Of a stretch of 64,000 nucleotides of DNA, positions 29,576 through 39,851 are shown piece by piece. The notes under the pieces were generated by a model. That model worked only from the letters and a program-made list of their open reading frames with translations. It was not told the origin of the DNA and did no database searches. The stretch is from an uncultured Candidatus Saccharibacteria bacterium (lineage in GTDB: Bacteria > Patescibacteriota > Dojkabacteria > SC72): NCBI GenBank assembly GCA_964560525.1, contig CAZLLO010000001.1, positions 6,656-70,655 on the forward strand, read 5' to 3'. Made by a program: the position numbers and the translations under genes. The first letter of the stretch is position 1. Each line of letters opens with the position of its first letter.

Positions 29576-32107
29576 CTAAGATTCCAAATTTAATTTCTCT
29601 AACAATTCTTTCTGTTTCTGTTGTAATCTTGCATTAAAAATAATGTGGTAATCAAAGTTAGGGTTTTGTTTTTGGAAATCTCTGAATCCTAATTCTTTCG
29701 CAAATACCTCATTTGTGATTCTTCTATCTCCTTTTTCGTAATCTTCTTTGTTTCTTGAGTAGTCAATCTTTTTATCATCTTCTTTAACTTCAATAACAAT
29801 AAATCTTCCTTTACTCGTCTCTATTAAGAAATCTGGGAAATACCTACTGATCTTTTCTTTCGAGGGATTCCAATATTCGAAGAAAAAATCTGTATGGACA
29901 GAGTCTGTTACGTTTCCTGTAAAATATAAATCTATAACTACCTCATCAGGACTTAATATTTCTCTTAGATACAAAAATAATTCTTTTTCGTCTGTTGTGT
30001 CAAAAGAATATGGGTTTATATGAAATCCTAATCTCCCATTCTCTAAATCTTCCTGATAAACTACAAGGCTTTCTCTATTTTTATCTCGACTTAATTTAAA
30101 TGGGAAATTCTTTGTTAATTCAAGTTCCTCCTCTACAATCGTCCTCTCCTCTTCATATTTATATAACTGGCTCGTAATATCATTCGCAATACTGTTTGTA
30201 ACATATGTAGAATTTCTATTTGTTAAACAATCGCAATTATCAATATTGTTAGCTTTAAATATCTCTTCAACATCTAAGCAAGGTACATGGGTTTTCAAAG
30301 ATAAATTTGCTACAAAGTGTATATATGATTGTTGAGATTCTTCCCACTTAATATCAACTTCTTTTCGTTTATTTATAAAAGCTGTATGAGAGTCTTCATT
30401 CAATTTAATACCACCTTCCTTTTTAATTCCTTCCACAGAAGATTTTATGTACTCGCCCAAAGGTTTTAGCTTTATATCCTCTAGCTTCTTGTTTTCTATG
30501 TTTTTTATTTCGGTTAAGATTTTCTTTACCTTTATCTTTCTTGTTTTTAATACATTCAATGCTAAATCCAACTTTTCAACATTCTGTTGTTCTAAATCTG
30601 CCCTTGTTACAGAGAAATTCCTTTGCAATTCTTTATCTAATATCAAAGCATTTTCATCTGATAAGAATATAGTTGCAAAAGTAGAATTATCTCCAATAGA
30701 TCGCATACATCTTGTAGATGCCTGAAGAACAAAAATAGCGCTTGTAGGCTTCCTGTAAAGGGCGGTAGCCACCAAGGAACGAACATTCCATCCTTCAGTA
30801 CCTTTTCCTACTAAAAGTATAAATTGCTTTTTACTTTCATCCGTGTCCAGTTTCAAAAATTCATCCCTACTTTCTTCTTTCTCTGTATGGTATTCTAATA
30901 TACTTTCTAAAGGGATACCTTTTTTAGAAAGTATTTTTTCCAACAAAGGTCTCAGATTCTGCTGCAGATCTTCAATGCTACTAGAATAAAAAGCTATCTT
31001 GGGAAGTTTTCCTTCTAATTTTAGTCCTTGGTAACGATTTGTAAAGACATTTACAACCTCTGAAACGAAATCATCTGATTTAACATTCTCATATTCAACA
31101 AAATTAACTCGTTTCAAGATACCCTCCTCAATACCTTGTTTTAAACCAAAATAATATACAACATCACTAATAAGTTTGTTATTCACATATGGAGTACCCG
31201 TAAAATTCACCACATTTACCAAAGGAGTCTGGGCTTCTTCATTTAAGAATTTTATCGTTTGTCTTGTCTTCTTAAGTGTATTATCAAGATTAGTTCCATA
31301 AGAATGGTGCGCTTCATCAACAAAGATGGCTAAATTAGAAAGTCCTTTTATAGCATCCCTTCTATAATTAGCATGGAATTGCTTCTCTCTATCCGCTTCA
31401 TTTAAAAGAATCTGCCCAGACTTCAAAGTATTATTTTTTTTCTTTAATATAATTTTTTGAGAGTTTGAAACAATAACATTATAGTTTCCAATAAAATTAA
31501 CAGGTGTTTCTGTGCTCTCTAAATAGTGATATTTGATATTCAAGACAATGTTTTCATATTCTTTTGGAACAACAGTTCTATAATCAAAGGATTTTATTTC
31601 CTTTAAACTCTCAATTATTGTTGTATCAGGAGCAAAAACAAGAATGTTTTTAGCAAATCTTGAATCGGGATATCGAGAAGACAGTATAAACTCATACATT
31701 ATCATTGTACCCATTAACAGAGTCTTGCCAGAACCCATTGTAAGAGCATATACCTGATTAGGATAGGCGAATTGTCCATATTCTTTCTCTACCAACTTCT
31801 TGATCTTGGTTTCTTTTTCAGGATCATAGGCTAAATTTAGAACCTCTTCGTTTGATAACGAGAAACTAGAAATTAAATCTCTTTCAGACTCATAAAGATT
31901 AGGAATTATTTCTGCAGTTGTTTTATTTCCCAATATCTCTTTGAGATATACATAAGTTTCAAAGGCTTCTTTTTGCGGAGTATAAAGATAGTTGATTTTG
32001 TATATATGCTTTAATATGTTTCTTGTTTCTTTTGTAACACCAGGATAATCAGCTAATTTCCAAGATTCTACTTTTATTTTTAATTTTTCGAAGAGGAGAC
32101 TATTCAT
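29576..32107 (-). CDS. res: Type III restriction enzyme Res subunit (SF2 helicase plus C-terminal PD-(D/E)xK endonuclease).
   Basis: Walker A MGSGKTLLMG, motif II FVDEAHHS, C-terminal PDFLIET...IVIEVK. Overlaps mod by 8 nt. Confidence 0.8.
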   Translation of the reverse strand: MNSLLFEKLKIKVESWKLADYPGVTKETRNILKHIYKINYLYTPQKEAFETYVYLKEILGNKTTAEIIPNLYESERDLISSFSLSNEEVLNLAYDPEKETKIKKLVEKEYGQFAYPNQVYALTMGSGKTLLMGTMIMYEFILSSRYPDSRFAKNILVFAPDTTIIESLKEIKSFDYRTVVPKEYENIVLNIKYHYLESTETPVNFIGNYNVIVSNSQKIILKKKNNTLKSGQILLNEADREKQFHANYRRDAIKGLSNLAIFVDEAHHSYGTNLDNTLKKTRQTIKFLNEEAQTPLVNVVNFTGTPYVNNKLISDVVYYFGLKQGIEEGILKRVNFVEYENVKSDDFVSEVVNVFTNRYQGLKLEGKLPKIAFYSSSIEDLQQNLRPLLEKILSKKGIPLESILEYHTEKEESRDEFLKLDTDESKKQFILLVGKGTEGWNVRSLVATALYRKPTSAIFVLQASTRCMRSIGDNSTFATIFLSDENALILDKELQRNFSVTRADLEQQNVEKLDLALNVLKTRKIKVKKILTEIKNIENKKLEDIKLKPLGEYIKSSVEGIKKEGGIKLNEDSHTAFINKRKEVDIKWEESQQSYIHFVANLSLKTHVPCLDVEEIFKANNIDNCDCLTNRNSTYVTNSIANDITSQLYKYEEERTIVEEELELTKNFPFKLSRDKNRESLVVYQEDLENGRLGFHINPYSFDTTDEKELFLYLREILSPDEVVIDLYFTGNVTDSVHTDFFFEYWNPSKEKISRYFPDFLIETSKGRFIVIEVKEDDKKIDYSRNKEDYEKGDRRITNEVFAKELGFRDFQKQNPNFDYHIIFNARLQQKQKELLEKLNLES

Positions 32108-33923
32108 TTTTCTTAAGGTTTATTTCAAATGTTTCAAAATACTCTTCTCCTAAGACATCAATTATCTTCACCGCAACTATATTCTTCTCATTACTCTTAT
32201 TTTCATATTCATATTTAGCAGATATCAAATTCTTTCTATCTGGTAAATCCATAATTTCAGCATTGAACAATTTCCCATTGTAATTAGTATCAATACATAC
32301 ACTGTCAATGATTTGTTTAAAATCTTCCACATACACATTTTCCTTGGAATCAAGCTGCTTTTCATTCTCAAGTTCCAACTTCTTTATGAGAATAGGAGAA
32401 TGAAAATCTCTGATTTCAATAAGAACCTTTTTATCACTAGCTTTTACTTCTACCTTTGCTTCTGGTAGTTGTTTAAATATGAGATTTTTATTATCAGCCT
32501 GGATATCTTTAACTTCAACTTTTACACCTGTTTTGTTTTCTTTCCTCAGATACTCTAAAGCATCTAGTTCTACTCCAGAGGCAATAATTATGACTTCTTG
32601 TTCATAAATTTCCTCCTCCTGAGAAGATGTCGTTTTTCCAGTAAACTGATCTATACCCTTTTCTATTTCTCTTATAACATTCTCGATATCTAACTTGTTA
32701 AGCACTCTATTTAGGGGCATTACCTTTACAAGGTTATCATCGAGTACTCCATCAAAATAACTTTGTTTAATTGGTTCTACACCATATATATCCATTATTA
32801 TTTCTTTTGACTCAATTTCATTCTTAAAAATATCATAGTCATTTACATTGTAAACTTTAAAAGATCTTAAGCCTTTGTATTCTTCTACTAGTTTCTGTTG
32901 TTTTTGATCCTCGATTATTTGATTTAATCTTTTCGTTGTAGTTTGTATAGCTCCAAGATTAATATCACATCCTATCCACCTTCTTCCCAATTCCTGTGCT
33001 ACTGCTAGAGTCGTACCACTTCCACAGAAACAATCCAAAACTAAATCACCAGGGTTAGAGGAAGCTTTAACAATTCTTTCAAGTAAAGTCACAGGCTTTT
33101 GTGTTGGATAAGAAGTTCTTTCCGTTTCATCTCTTTGTGAAATAATTCCCATATCCCAAACATCATCAGCATTTTTCAAATCATCTACATAATATGTATA
33201 TACCTTACCATTCGCTCTTACCTCTTGATATCTTTTCCCTTCTTTATCTGTTTTAAAATAACCACTAAAGCTACCCTCATCCGTATTTCTTTTTACACCC
33301 GCTTCGTGTCCATTATAATTCCACTCCTCACCTTTCCTGTACCATAAAATAGTATCATGTTTCCTATTAAACCAAGTATTACTTCGCCCTCCACCATTTT
33401 TGTAATACCATATAATTTCATTCAAAATATTCTTCTCTCCAAATATTTCATCTAACACTAATCTTAATTGAGCAACTTTCCTATAATCCAAATGTACAAA
33501 AATTGTGCCATTTTCTGCAAGAAGTTCTTTCAGTATGATTAATCTTTCATACATAAATTGTAAGTATTCATCATTTGCCCATATATCGGAATATTGCTTT
33601 TCCTCTAGCAAACTTCCTTGAGTACCTTCAACATTCAAACCTCTTAATTTAACTTTTTTTATGTAATCTGCGCTGCTATCAAAAGGGGGATCTATATATA
33701 TCAGGTCTATTTTCCCCCGATACATCTTAAGTAAATGAGATAACACCTGCAAATTGTCTCCCCAAAATAACTTGTTAAACTCTTTTGTATTAAAATCACC
33801 ATAAACTTCTTTCTCTTGTGCAGGAAAATATTCAACAGATTCTAAAGGTTTTTTGCCAATCCAATGAAGCATAGGCCTTCCCTTAATAGGAGATATCGTT
33901 TGAATATCATTCTGTTTGGACAT
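32100..33923 (-). CDS. mod: Type III Mod DNA methyltransferase (beta-class N6-adenine methyltransferase).
   Basis: Motif IV IYIDPPFDS lies before motif I DCFCGSGTT. 607 aa. Confidence 0.8.
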   Translation of the reverse strand: MSKQNDIQTISPIKGRPMLHWIGKKPLESVEYFPAQEKEVYGDFNTKEFNKLFWGDNLQVLSHLLKMYRGKIDLIYIDPPFDSSADYIKKVKLRGLNVEGTQGSLLEEKQYSDIWANDEYLQFMYERLIILKELLAENGTIFVHLDYRKVAQLRLVLDEIFGEKNILNEIIWYYKNGGGRSNTWFNRKHDTILWYRKGEEWNYNGHEAGVKRNTDEGSFSGYFKTDKEGKRYQEVRANGKVYTYYVDDLKNADDVWDMGIISQRDETERTSYPTQKPVTLLERIVKASSNPGDLVLDCFCGSGTTLAVAQELGRRWIGCDINLGAIQTTTKRLNQIIEDQKQQKLVEEYKGLRSFKVYNVNDYDIFKNEIESKEIIMDIYGVEPIKQSYFDGVLDDNLVKVMPLNRVLNKLDIENVIREIEKGIDQFTGKTTSSQEEEIYEQEVIIIASGVELDALEYLRKENKTGVKVEVKDIQADNKNLIFKQLPEAKVEVKASDKKVLIEIRDFHSPILIKKLELENEKQLDSKENVYVEDFKQIIDSVCIDTNYNGKLFNAEIMDLPDRKNLISAKYEYENKSNEKNIVAVKIIDVLGEEYFETFEINLKKNE

Positions 33924-34052
33924 TGTGATTAGTAATTAGTTTAAATAAATCGGTAATAGTTATTTCCAATTCTTAAAGAATCTAATGACAAATAAAAAGA
34001 AGCCTCCGCTTATAACTCTAATATACACTACAGGTGTTTGAAAAGAAATATA

Positions 34053-34598
34053 TTAACTCTTATTTTGATTAGGTTTTACCTCGTTTGTTTTTTTCTTCCT
34101 TACATACCCCAATACCTTCTTTAAAGAATATAGATCTAATATATACTTAGAATATCCTTGTAATAATGTACTAAACCTCTTGTTAGCAGCAATAATCTTT
34201 TCTAATTTGTTATTCTTCTCTAAATATTCTATTAAACATAGGAAATCCCCATCCCCTGTACATATAATGGCAGAATCATAATTAGGATATTCAATCATAC
34301 AATGTAAAACCATCTCAGCATCCACATTACCCTTGTAAGTAGTAACCTCATCCTTAGTAACAGCCAATACCTTCTTGTATATAACTATGAACCCTTCCTT
34401 CTCCAATCTCTTGTATAGATCCTCATTAGTATCAATATACCCAATGAATAGGTATGCCTTCTCTACACCGAATGTATTCCTTAGATATTCCCTAAACTTA
34501 CCCCAATCCATATTCCATCGTTTAGCAGATACACCCATATTAATATTCTGACTATCTATAAATGCATATATTTTCTTTTTGTTTTCCATATATTTCAT
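34053..34598 (-). CDS. NYN/LabA-like (PIN-fold) nuclease domain protein.
   Basis: AFIDSQNI...TGDGDF acidic motifs. 181 aa. Confidence 0.55.
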   Translation of the reverse strand: MKYMENKKKIYAFIDSQNINMGVSAKRWNMDWGKFREYLRNTFGVEKAYLFIGYIDTNEDLYKRLEKEGFIVIYKKVLAVTKDEVTTYKGNVDAEMVLHCMIEYPNYDSAIICTGDGDFLCLIEYLEKNNKLEKIIAANKRFSTLLQGYSKYILDLYSLKKVLGYVRKKKTNEVKPNQNKS

Positions 34599-34700
34599 TA
34601 TATACCCATTATTGGATTAAACCTAAATATGGATATATTTGCAAAATTTCAATCTAACATTTACAATCACGTTTCTGTTTAATTTTAAAATACAAGACTA

Positions 34701-35006
34701 ATGCCAGGATTTGTAACACTCGATAATGGAAAAACTATATACAGAGAACATACCCCCTCTGCAACTCCTAACTCAAGTCGTGACTCTGAACAAGTATATT
34801 ATGGAAATATTGCAAGGATAGGGAGAATGAAAGAAATGAGGAAGGAGAACCCTAATTCATATACAGAGCAAGAAATTAGCAAAGAAATAGCACTTGCAGC
34901 TGAGAAATATGATATGGATCCTGTAGATTATACTGCTGAAATTGATCTCTATATTGAATCACAAAAGTCAGAAAGTTCTATAGAGACAAACGAACCTCAA
35001 ATGTAG
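34701..35006 (+). CDS. Hypothetical small protein.
   Basis: 101-aa ORF. Overlaps the histidine-kinase 3' end convergently. Confidence 0.3.
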   Translation: MPGFVTLDNGKTIYREHTPSATPNSSRDSEQVYYGNIARIGRMKEMRKENPNSYTEQEISKEIALAAEKYDMDPVDYTAEIDLYIESQKSESSIETNEPQM

Positions 35007-36111
35007 CTCCCTTGCCATCTACATATTGTATAGTTCCATTATGCTTCTCAATAATCTCCTTAGTTATAGCTAACCCTAAACCACTACCCCCAGTCTTTCT
35101 AGATCTAGACTTATCAACTCTATAGAACCTATCAAATATTCTTCCCTGTTTATCCTTAGGAACACCCACTCCATCATCCTTAAACGTAATTAATATGTCT
35201 TTTTTGTTCTTCTTTAAATCAATATTCAAATTCTTCCCTTGAGAATACTTAATACTATTCTCTATCAAATTTTGAAAAGCTCTCTTTAGTAAAACATCAT
35301 TACCTAAAACCTCAATATCATGTCCATCATTAAAAGAGATATTAAATTCTTTTCCATCAACTAATCTTCTAGCGTCAGTAACTGCCTCATCTAAAAGATT
35401 TCTTAGATTTAATTCCTTCTTCTCAAACTCTACATCTACTAATGAAAGAAGTAGTAAATCCTCTGTTAATTTGTTCATAAATATAATTGATTTTTTAGAA
35501 TCATCTAACATATTGAACAAATCCTTTTGTGGTATTTTAGAATCTGCAAGAATGCTATCTACGTTAGCTTGAATAACTGCCAATGGTGTCTTCAACTCAT
35601 GAGAAGCATTTTCAACAAATTCCTTTTGAGCTTCAAAAGATCTACCTAACTGCTCGGACATATCATTAAAACTTTGTATAACCTCAGAAATCTCATCTCC
35701 CTTATCATCAAACTCTATCTTCTCTCCTAGATTCTTCGTAGACTTCTTCTTCATTTCTTCTTTTAACTTCTCCAAAGGTTTTAAACTATTATCTGCAATT
35801 AAATAACCTCCACCAAAACTCAATATGACAAATGGAATCATCGCATAGATAGAAATTAAACGAATATTTGCTAAATCATTCTGTCTAGACTCTTTTAATA
35901 ATTCTCGCTTTTCCTCATTTAGATTCTCAAAGAAGCCTACATCATTAAAGCCAACTAATCTTGGAGATCCTATATCTTTTTGCATATAGTCAACTACAAA
36001 GATATTCATGACCAGGAAGAATCCTACACAAAGAACCAGTAGGATTCCTGAATACAGTAAGGACATTTTAAATTTTAAAGATTTAAAAAACTTTTTCATA
36101 TCATTATTCAT
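34978..36111 (-). CDS. Two-component sensor histidine kinase.
   Basis: 2 N-terminal TM segments. H-box HELKTPL. HATPase G-boxes DDGVGV and GGSGLGLAI. Confidence 0.8.
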   Translation of the reverse strand: MNNDMKKFFKSLKFKMSLLYSGILLVLCVGFFLVMNIFVVDYMQKDIGSPRLVGFNDVGFFENLNEEKRELLKESRQNDLANIRLISIYAMIPFVILSFGGGYLIADNSLKPLEKLKEEMKKKSTKNLGEKIEFDDKGDEISEVIQSFNDMSEQLGRSFEAQKEFVENASHELKTPLAVIQANVDSILADSKIPQKDLFNMLDDSKKSIIFMNKLTEDLLLLSLVDVEFEKKELNLRNLLDEAVTDARRLVDGKEFNISFNDGHDIEVLGNDVLLKRAFQNLIENSIKYSQGKNLNIDLKKNKKDILITFKDDGVGVPKDKQGRIFDRFYRVDKSRSRKTGGSGLGLAITKEIIEKHNGTIQYVDGKGATFEVRLSL

Positions 36112-37972
36112 TTTTTATAGCTTCCACAGGACTCACCTTAGAAGCAGACAAAGAAGTTATTATCGATATTATACTTGATATTCCAATTAATAGCGCAGTA
36201 TATATACCAATAGAGACCCAATTAATACCTGAGAACAAACTTGCATCTACACCATTAACAACATTAAAGGTTTTTGCAACGGTCTCTGTTAGGAATGTCC
36301 CAAACCAATTTGATACAAAATGGCCTGCTAAGAAATTGAACCCTATACCTAGTACAACACCCCCTACATACCCAATCAATACATACAAAAGAGATTGAGA
36401 TATGAACATAGAGAGAATTGCACTCTTTCTCATACCGATAGCTCTAAAGATACCAATTTCTCGTATACTCTCAGATATGAATTTACTCATGGTTAAAGCT
36501 ACAATTGCAGTAACTAAGACTATGAAGCTAATCATAAAGACCTTAGATACCGTGTTTAACGTATCTTCTAACTCATCAAATACTGCAACATCATCTGTTC
36601 CTCTAACCGCGTATCCTGCAGTATTTAAAGCTTCTATGACACTATCTCTATTGGCTACATTGTCTATAATGACATTCATAGTATCTGCTTTTTTCGTTGA
36701 ACTCGTATATATAGTTGAATCATCCACAGTACCTACCACAGCATTATCATCATCAACCTCGATTACTAATCCAGGTATTAAATATCCCGAAGCATCAAAT
36801 GATCCAATACCCATACCCTCAGGAGGAGCACCTTCAGGTCTAGTCTGAGTTGTACCTGAAGAAGATGAAGAACTCATATCTCTCATTCTATTCATCATTT
36901 GCCCCATCATTCCATTTGTACTGGTTGTTAGTTCAACACCATCGTATGTGATACCTGTGAAAGAAGAATTCAACACATCAGTACTAATCTCAGTACCATT
37001 TCTAGCATTAATCTCATGTGCGATATAGTCGGTCATCAATGTATCAGCAAAATTCTCAGGAATATATGCAGTGCTATTAGTAACACTTGCATCATCTATG
37101 ACTCCTACGACTACAAATGTATACATTATTGGAGTAGAAATTTTTTCATAATCCCAATATTCAGAGATTGCAGTTTCTCTCTCGGAAACTTTAGTAGCCA
37201 ATTCTTCATCTGTTAATTTAGTTATAACCTCAGTTCCAGAACTTCTACTTGTAGTATAGTCTTGAATATCACTTAAGTTCCCGATCTGTAATGTAAAGGT
37301 AGTCCCAACGAGAGTATCTTTATCATAATCAATAGCTTCAGATTTCAAGAATGATAGCCTTTGTGTAGGAGCACCTGAAGTAGAATCTCTCTTCATACTG
37401 GACATATCCATTGTTATACTTGTGCTATCACCCCAATCCTCATACGAATATGTTAGGGAACTAGAATTTAAGATAATTGGAATAGCCTCTCCCTCTGTAT
37501 ATGTAAAATCTTCAGTTGTATATAATTCTGAGGTATTTGTATCTAATGTAGAAAGTGAATTCAACTCAACTGTTTTATCTGCAAAAAGATCTGTTGTTTT
37601 AATATTACTAACAGGAAGAGTAGATTGAAGACTTACATTTTCAACATTTTTTAAAGCTGCAACAACCTGTTCATCTAGACTAGAGAAGCTATCACTTTCA
37701 GCACTATTGGTACTATTAAACATCTGAGAGGGATCAAAGCCTCCACTAGTAGAACTAGGACTGGATTGAGTACTCACCTGGATAAGCTTATACGATTCAG
37801 CTATAGTTCCAAACACACTGTTTGCAGCTGCAGCTTGTATATTTTGAACTTGGCTTGAGAGAATTACACTGAGTGTAATAAGAACAAATATTGGAATTAT
37901 TAAAAACAAAGCTTTCTTAGTCTTTGTCTTGAGTTTCTTAATATTAATTAAGAGGATGTCTTTCAGTTTCAT
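36104..37972 (-). CDS. FtsX/MacB-like ABC transporter permease with a large extracytoplasmic domain.
   Basis: 622 aa. N-terminal TM, Ser/Thr-rich periplasmic domain, C-terminal 3-TM FtsX domain. Confidence 0.65.
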   Translation of the reverse strand: MKLKDILLINIKKLKTKTKKALFLIIPIFVLITLSVILSSQVQNIQAAAANSVFGTIAESYKLIQVSTQSSPSSTSGGFDPSQMFNSTNSAESDSFSSLDEQVVAALKNVENVSLQSTLPVSNIKTTDLFADKTVELNSLSTLDTNTSELYTTEDFTYTEGEAIPIILNSSSLTYSYEDWGDSTSITMDMSSMKRDSTSGAPTQRLSFLKSEAIDYDKDTLVGTTFTLQIGNLSDIQDYTTSRSSGTEVITKLTDEELATKVSERETAISEYWDYEKISTPIMYTFVVVGVIDDASVTNSTAYIPENFADTLMTDYIAHEINARNGTEISTDVLNSSFTGITYDGVELTTSTNGMMGQMMNRMRDMSSSSSSGTTQTRPEGAPPEGMGIGSFDASGYLIPGLVIEVDDDNAVVGTVDDSTIYTSSTKKADTMNVIIDNVANRDSVIEALNTAGYAVRGTDDVAVFDELEDTLNTVSKVFMISFIVLVTAIVALTMSKFISESIREIGIFRAIGMRKSAILSMFISQSLLYVLIGYVGGVVLGIGFNFLAGHFVSNWFGTFLTETVAKTFNVVNGVDASLFSGINWVSIGIYTALLIGISSIISIITSLSASKVSPVEAIKNE

Positions 37973-37992
37973 TTTAAAAAATTAGTAATATA

Positions 37993-38670
37993 TTAATTAT
38001 TTTTTACTGAACCACTCTCAAGCTTTATAACTCGAGAAAATCTTTTTGCAATATTCTCATCATGAGTAATCATGATTACACTCATACCATTATCCTTAGA
38101 AAGGCTCTCCAGAATATCTATCACCATCTTTGAATTCGCTTTATCTAATTTCCCCGTAGGCTCATCAGCAAAAATAATTTTTGGATCATTGGCTAAAGCC
38201 CTTGCCACAGCAACCCTCTGTTGCTCTCCTCCAGACAGCTGTCTGGGCAAGTGATTAGCTCTATGAGAAAGACCCACTTTCTCTAGAAGTTTCAAGGCTT
38301 TAGCTTCAGCATCAATTCTTTCCATTCCAGCTACCAGCATCGGCAACATAACATTTTCCTTAGCCGTAAAAAAATCATGTAGATTTATCATCTGAAAAAT
38401 GAATCCCATTGTTTTATTTCTAAAATCAGAAATTTCACTATCTGACATATTTTTAATACTCTGACCAGATATGATGACATCTCCGGATGTCATAGTATCT
38501 AATCCCCCAGCCAATTGAAGTAATGTGGTCTTACCTGAACCAGATGGTCCAAGAATTGCCAGATCAAAACCATCAGGGAGCGAGAAACTAACATTGTTTA
38601 ATGCAGTTACTTCTATATCCCCATCTGCATATTTCTTTGTTAATTTCTTAACCTCTAAAATATTACCCAT
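37993..38670 (-). CDS. ABC transporter ATP-binding protein (MacB/LolD type).
   Basis: GPSGSGKTT, LSGGEQQRVAVARAL, IIFADEPT. Confidence 0.85.
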   Translation of the reverse strand: MGNILEVKKLTKKYADGDIEVTALNNVSFSLPDGFDLAILGPSGSGKTTLLQLAGGLDTMTSGDVIISGQSIKNMSDSEISDFRNKTMGFIFQMINLHDFFTAKENVMLPMLVAGMERIDAEAKALKLLEKVGLSHRANHLPRQLSGGEQQRVAVARALANDPKIIFADEPTGKLDKANSKMVIDILESLSKDNGMSVIMITHDENIAKRFSRVIKLESGSVKNN

Positions 38671-38742
38671 GTTATGAGATAAAAACTATAATTTATATAG
38701 GAAGCAATTTACGCAAAATGCAGTGAAACGAATGTGAAGTGG

Positions 38743-39411
38743 TTAACAGTTGATACAATACCCTTTTCCCCTAATAGTCTTGATATACCTTTTCTTTGGA
38801 TCAACTTTTTTTCTTAATGTCTTGATATGTGTTTTTACCGTTTCAGAAAACATATCTATTTCTCTATCCCATACATGTTCTAGAAGAGATTCTGAAGAGA
38901 TAATGTCACCTTTACTTCGAAGAAGGTACTGTAATACACCCATTTCCTTATTACTAAGTGATATTTCTTTCCCCTTTTTATTATCTATCACAAGATTCCT
39001 GTCTGGATATACAACGTAATCTCCAAATGTAAGATTCTCTTCCTTGTTAAGGCTACTCCTTTTAATAACTGCATTAATTCTTGCAACTAATTCCTTCAAA
39101 TCAAATGGCTTAGTTACATAATCATCTGCTCCCTGGGTAAAACCCTTAAGTTTGTCATATACCTGAGATCTTGCAGTAACCATAATTATGGGAACAAGAT
39201 TCTCATCTTCTCGGATTTTCTTAGCCACCTCTATACCATCGACTCCAGGAATATTTAAATCTAACAAAATACAATCATATTCATTCATACCCACCATATC
39301 CAATGCTTCTTGTCCATCACCTGCCTCATCTACTGTGAAGTTATTTTTTTCTAAAAAATATTTCACAGGTCTTCTTAAACTCTCTTCATCTTCTACTAAT
39401 AGTAATTTCAT
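38743..39411 (-). CDS. OmpR-family response regulator.
   Basis: Receiver domain LLVEDE...D...LDL. Winged-helix C-terminal domain. Confidence 0.8.
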   Translation of the reverse strand: MKLLLVEDEESLRRPVKYFLEKNNFTVDEAGDGQEALDMVGMNEYDCILLDLNIPGVDGIEVAKKIREDENLVPIIMVTARSQVYDKLKGFTQGADDYVTKPFDLKELVARINAVIKRSSLNKEENLTFGDYVVYPDRNLVIDNKKGKEISLSNKEMGVLQYLLRSKGDIISSESLLEHVWDREIDMFSETVKTHIKTLRKKVDPKKRYIKTIRGKGYCINC

Positions 39412-39444
39412 AATATATCAATTATATAACTTAAATATACAAAA

Positions 39445-39463
39445 GGGGGACCATTGGTCCCCC
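39445..39463. other. Perfect GC-rich hairpin GGGGGACC-att-GGTCCCCC.
   Basis: 8-bp stem, 3-nt loop. On the minus strand it is followed by TTTTGTATATTT, giving an intrinsic-terminator shape. Confidence 0.5.
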
Positions 39464-39782
39464 CTCAGACTTACCAATCTGCTCTCTGCCATCAACCTGG
39501 TCCCTTGCTATCTTCAATGAGCCATATTAAATACCCCAAATTTTTGTTTTTCATAATAGCTTGTCTTTAGAACTTAGCTTTGTACCTTTTTTTGAATAGA
39601 AATAGCTTGTTTTATGCAGTAATATTTAAAATATTGTTTGTGCTGCTTGTATACAAAGGCTTACATTTCTTTTTAGAGATTTTTTCTCATCATTTAAAAG
39701 TACATGTTCATGATATGCTCCGTTAGGTGAAGTCCCGGGAAAGTCCAGAAACACTGGTATAGCGTGGTTTAATTACAAACAT

Positions 39783-39811
39783 TTGACGAAAACCTAAGAT
39801 ATCTCTACAAT
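39783..39811 (+). promoter_or_regulatory. Sigma70-like promoter TTGACG-17nt-TACAAT.
   Basis: Consensus-like -35 and -10 boxes with a 17-nt spacer, about 40 nt upstream of the ATG at 39852. Confidence 0.45.
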
Positions 39812-39851
39812 GTAATTCCAAGTATATATACCTAATTTTTACCAGAAATAT

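Noticed and set aside
39188-39520. 110-aa plus-strand ORF.
   Set aside because: It is antisense to the response-regulator gene and runs through the GC hairpin. No supporting motif.
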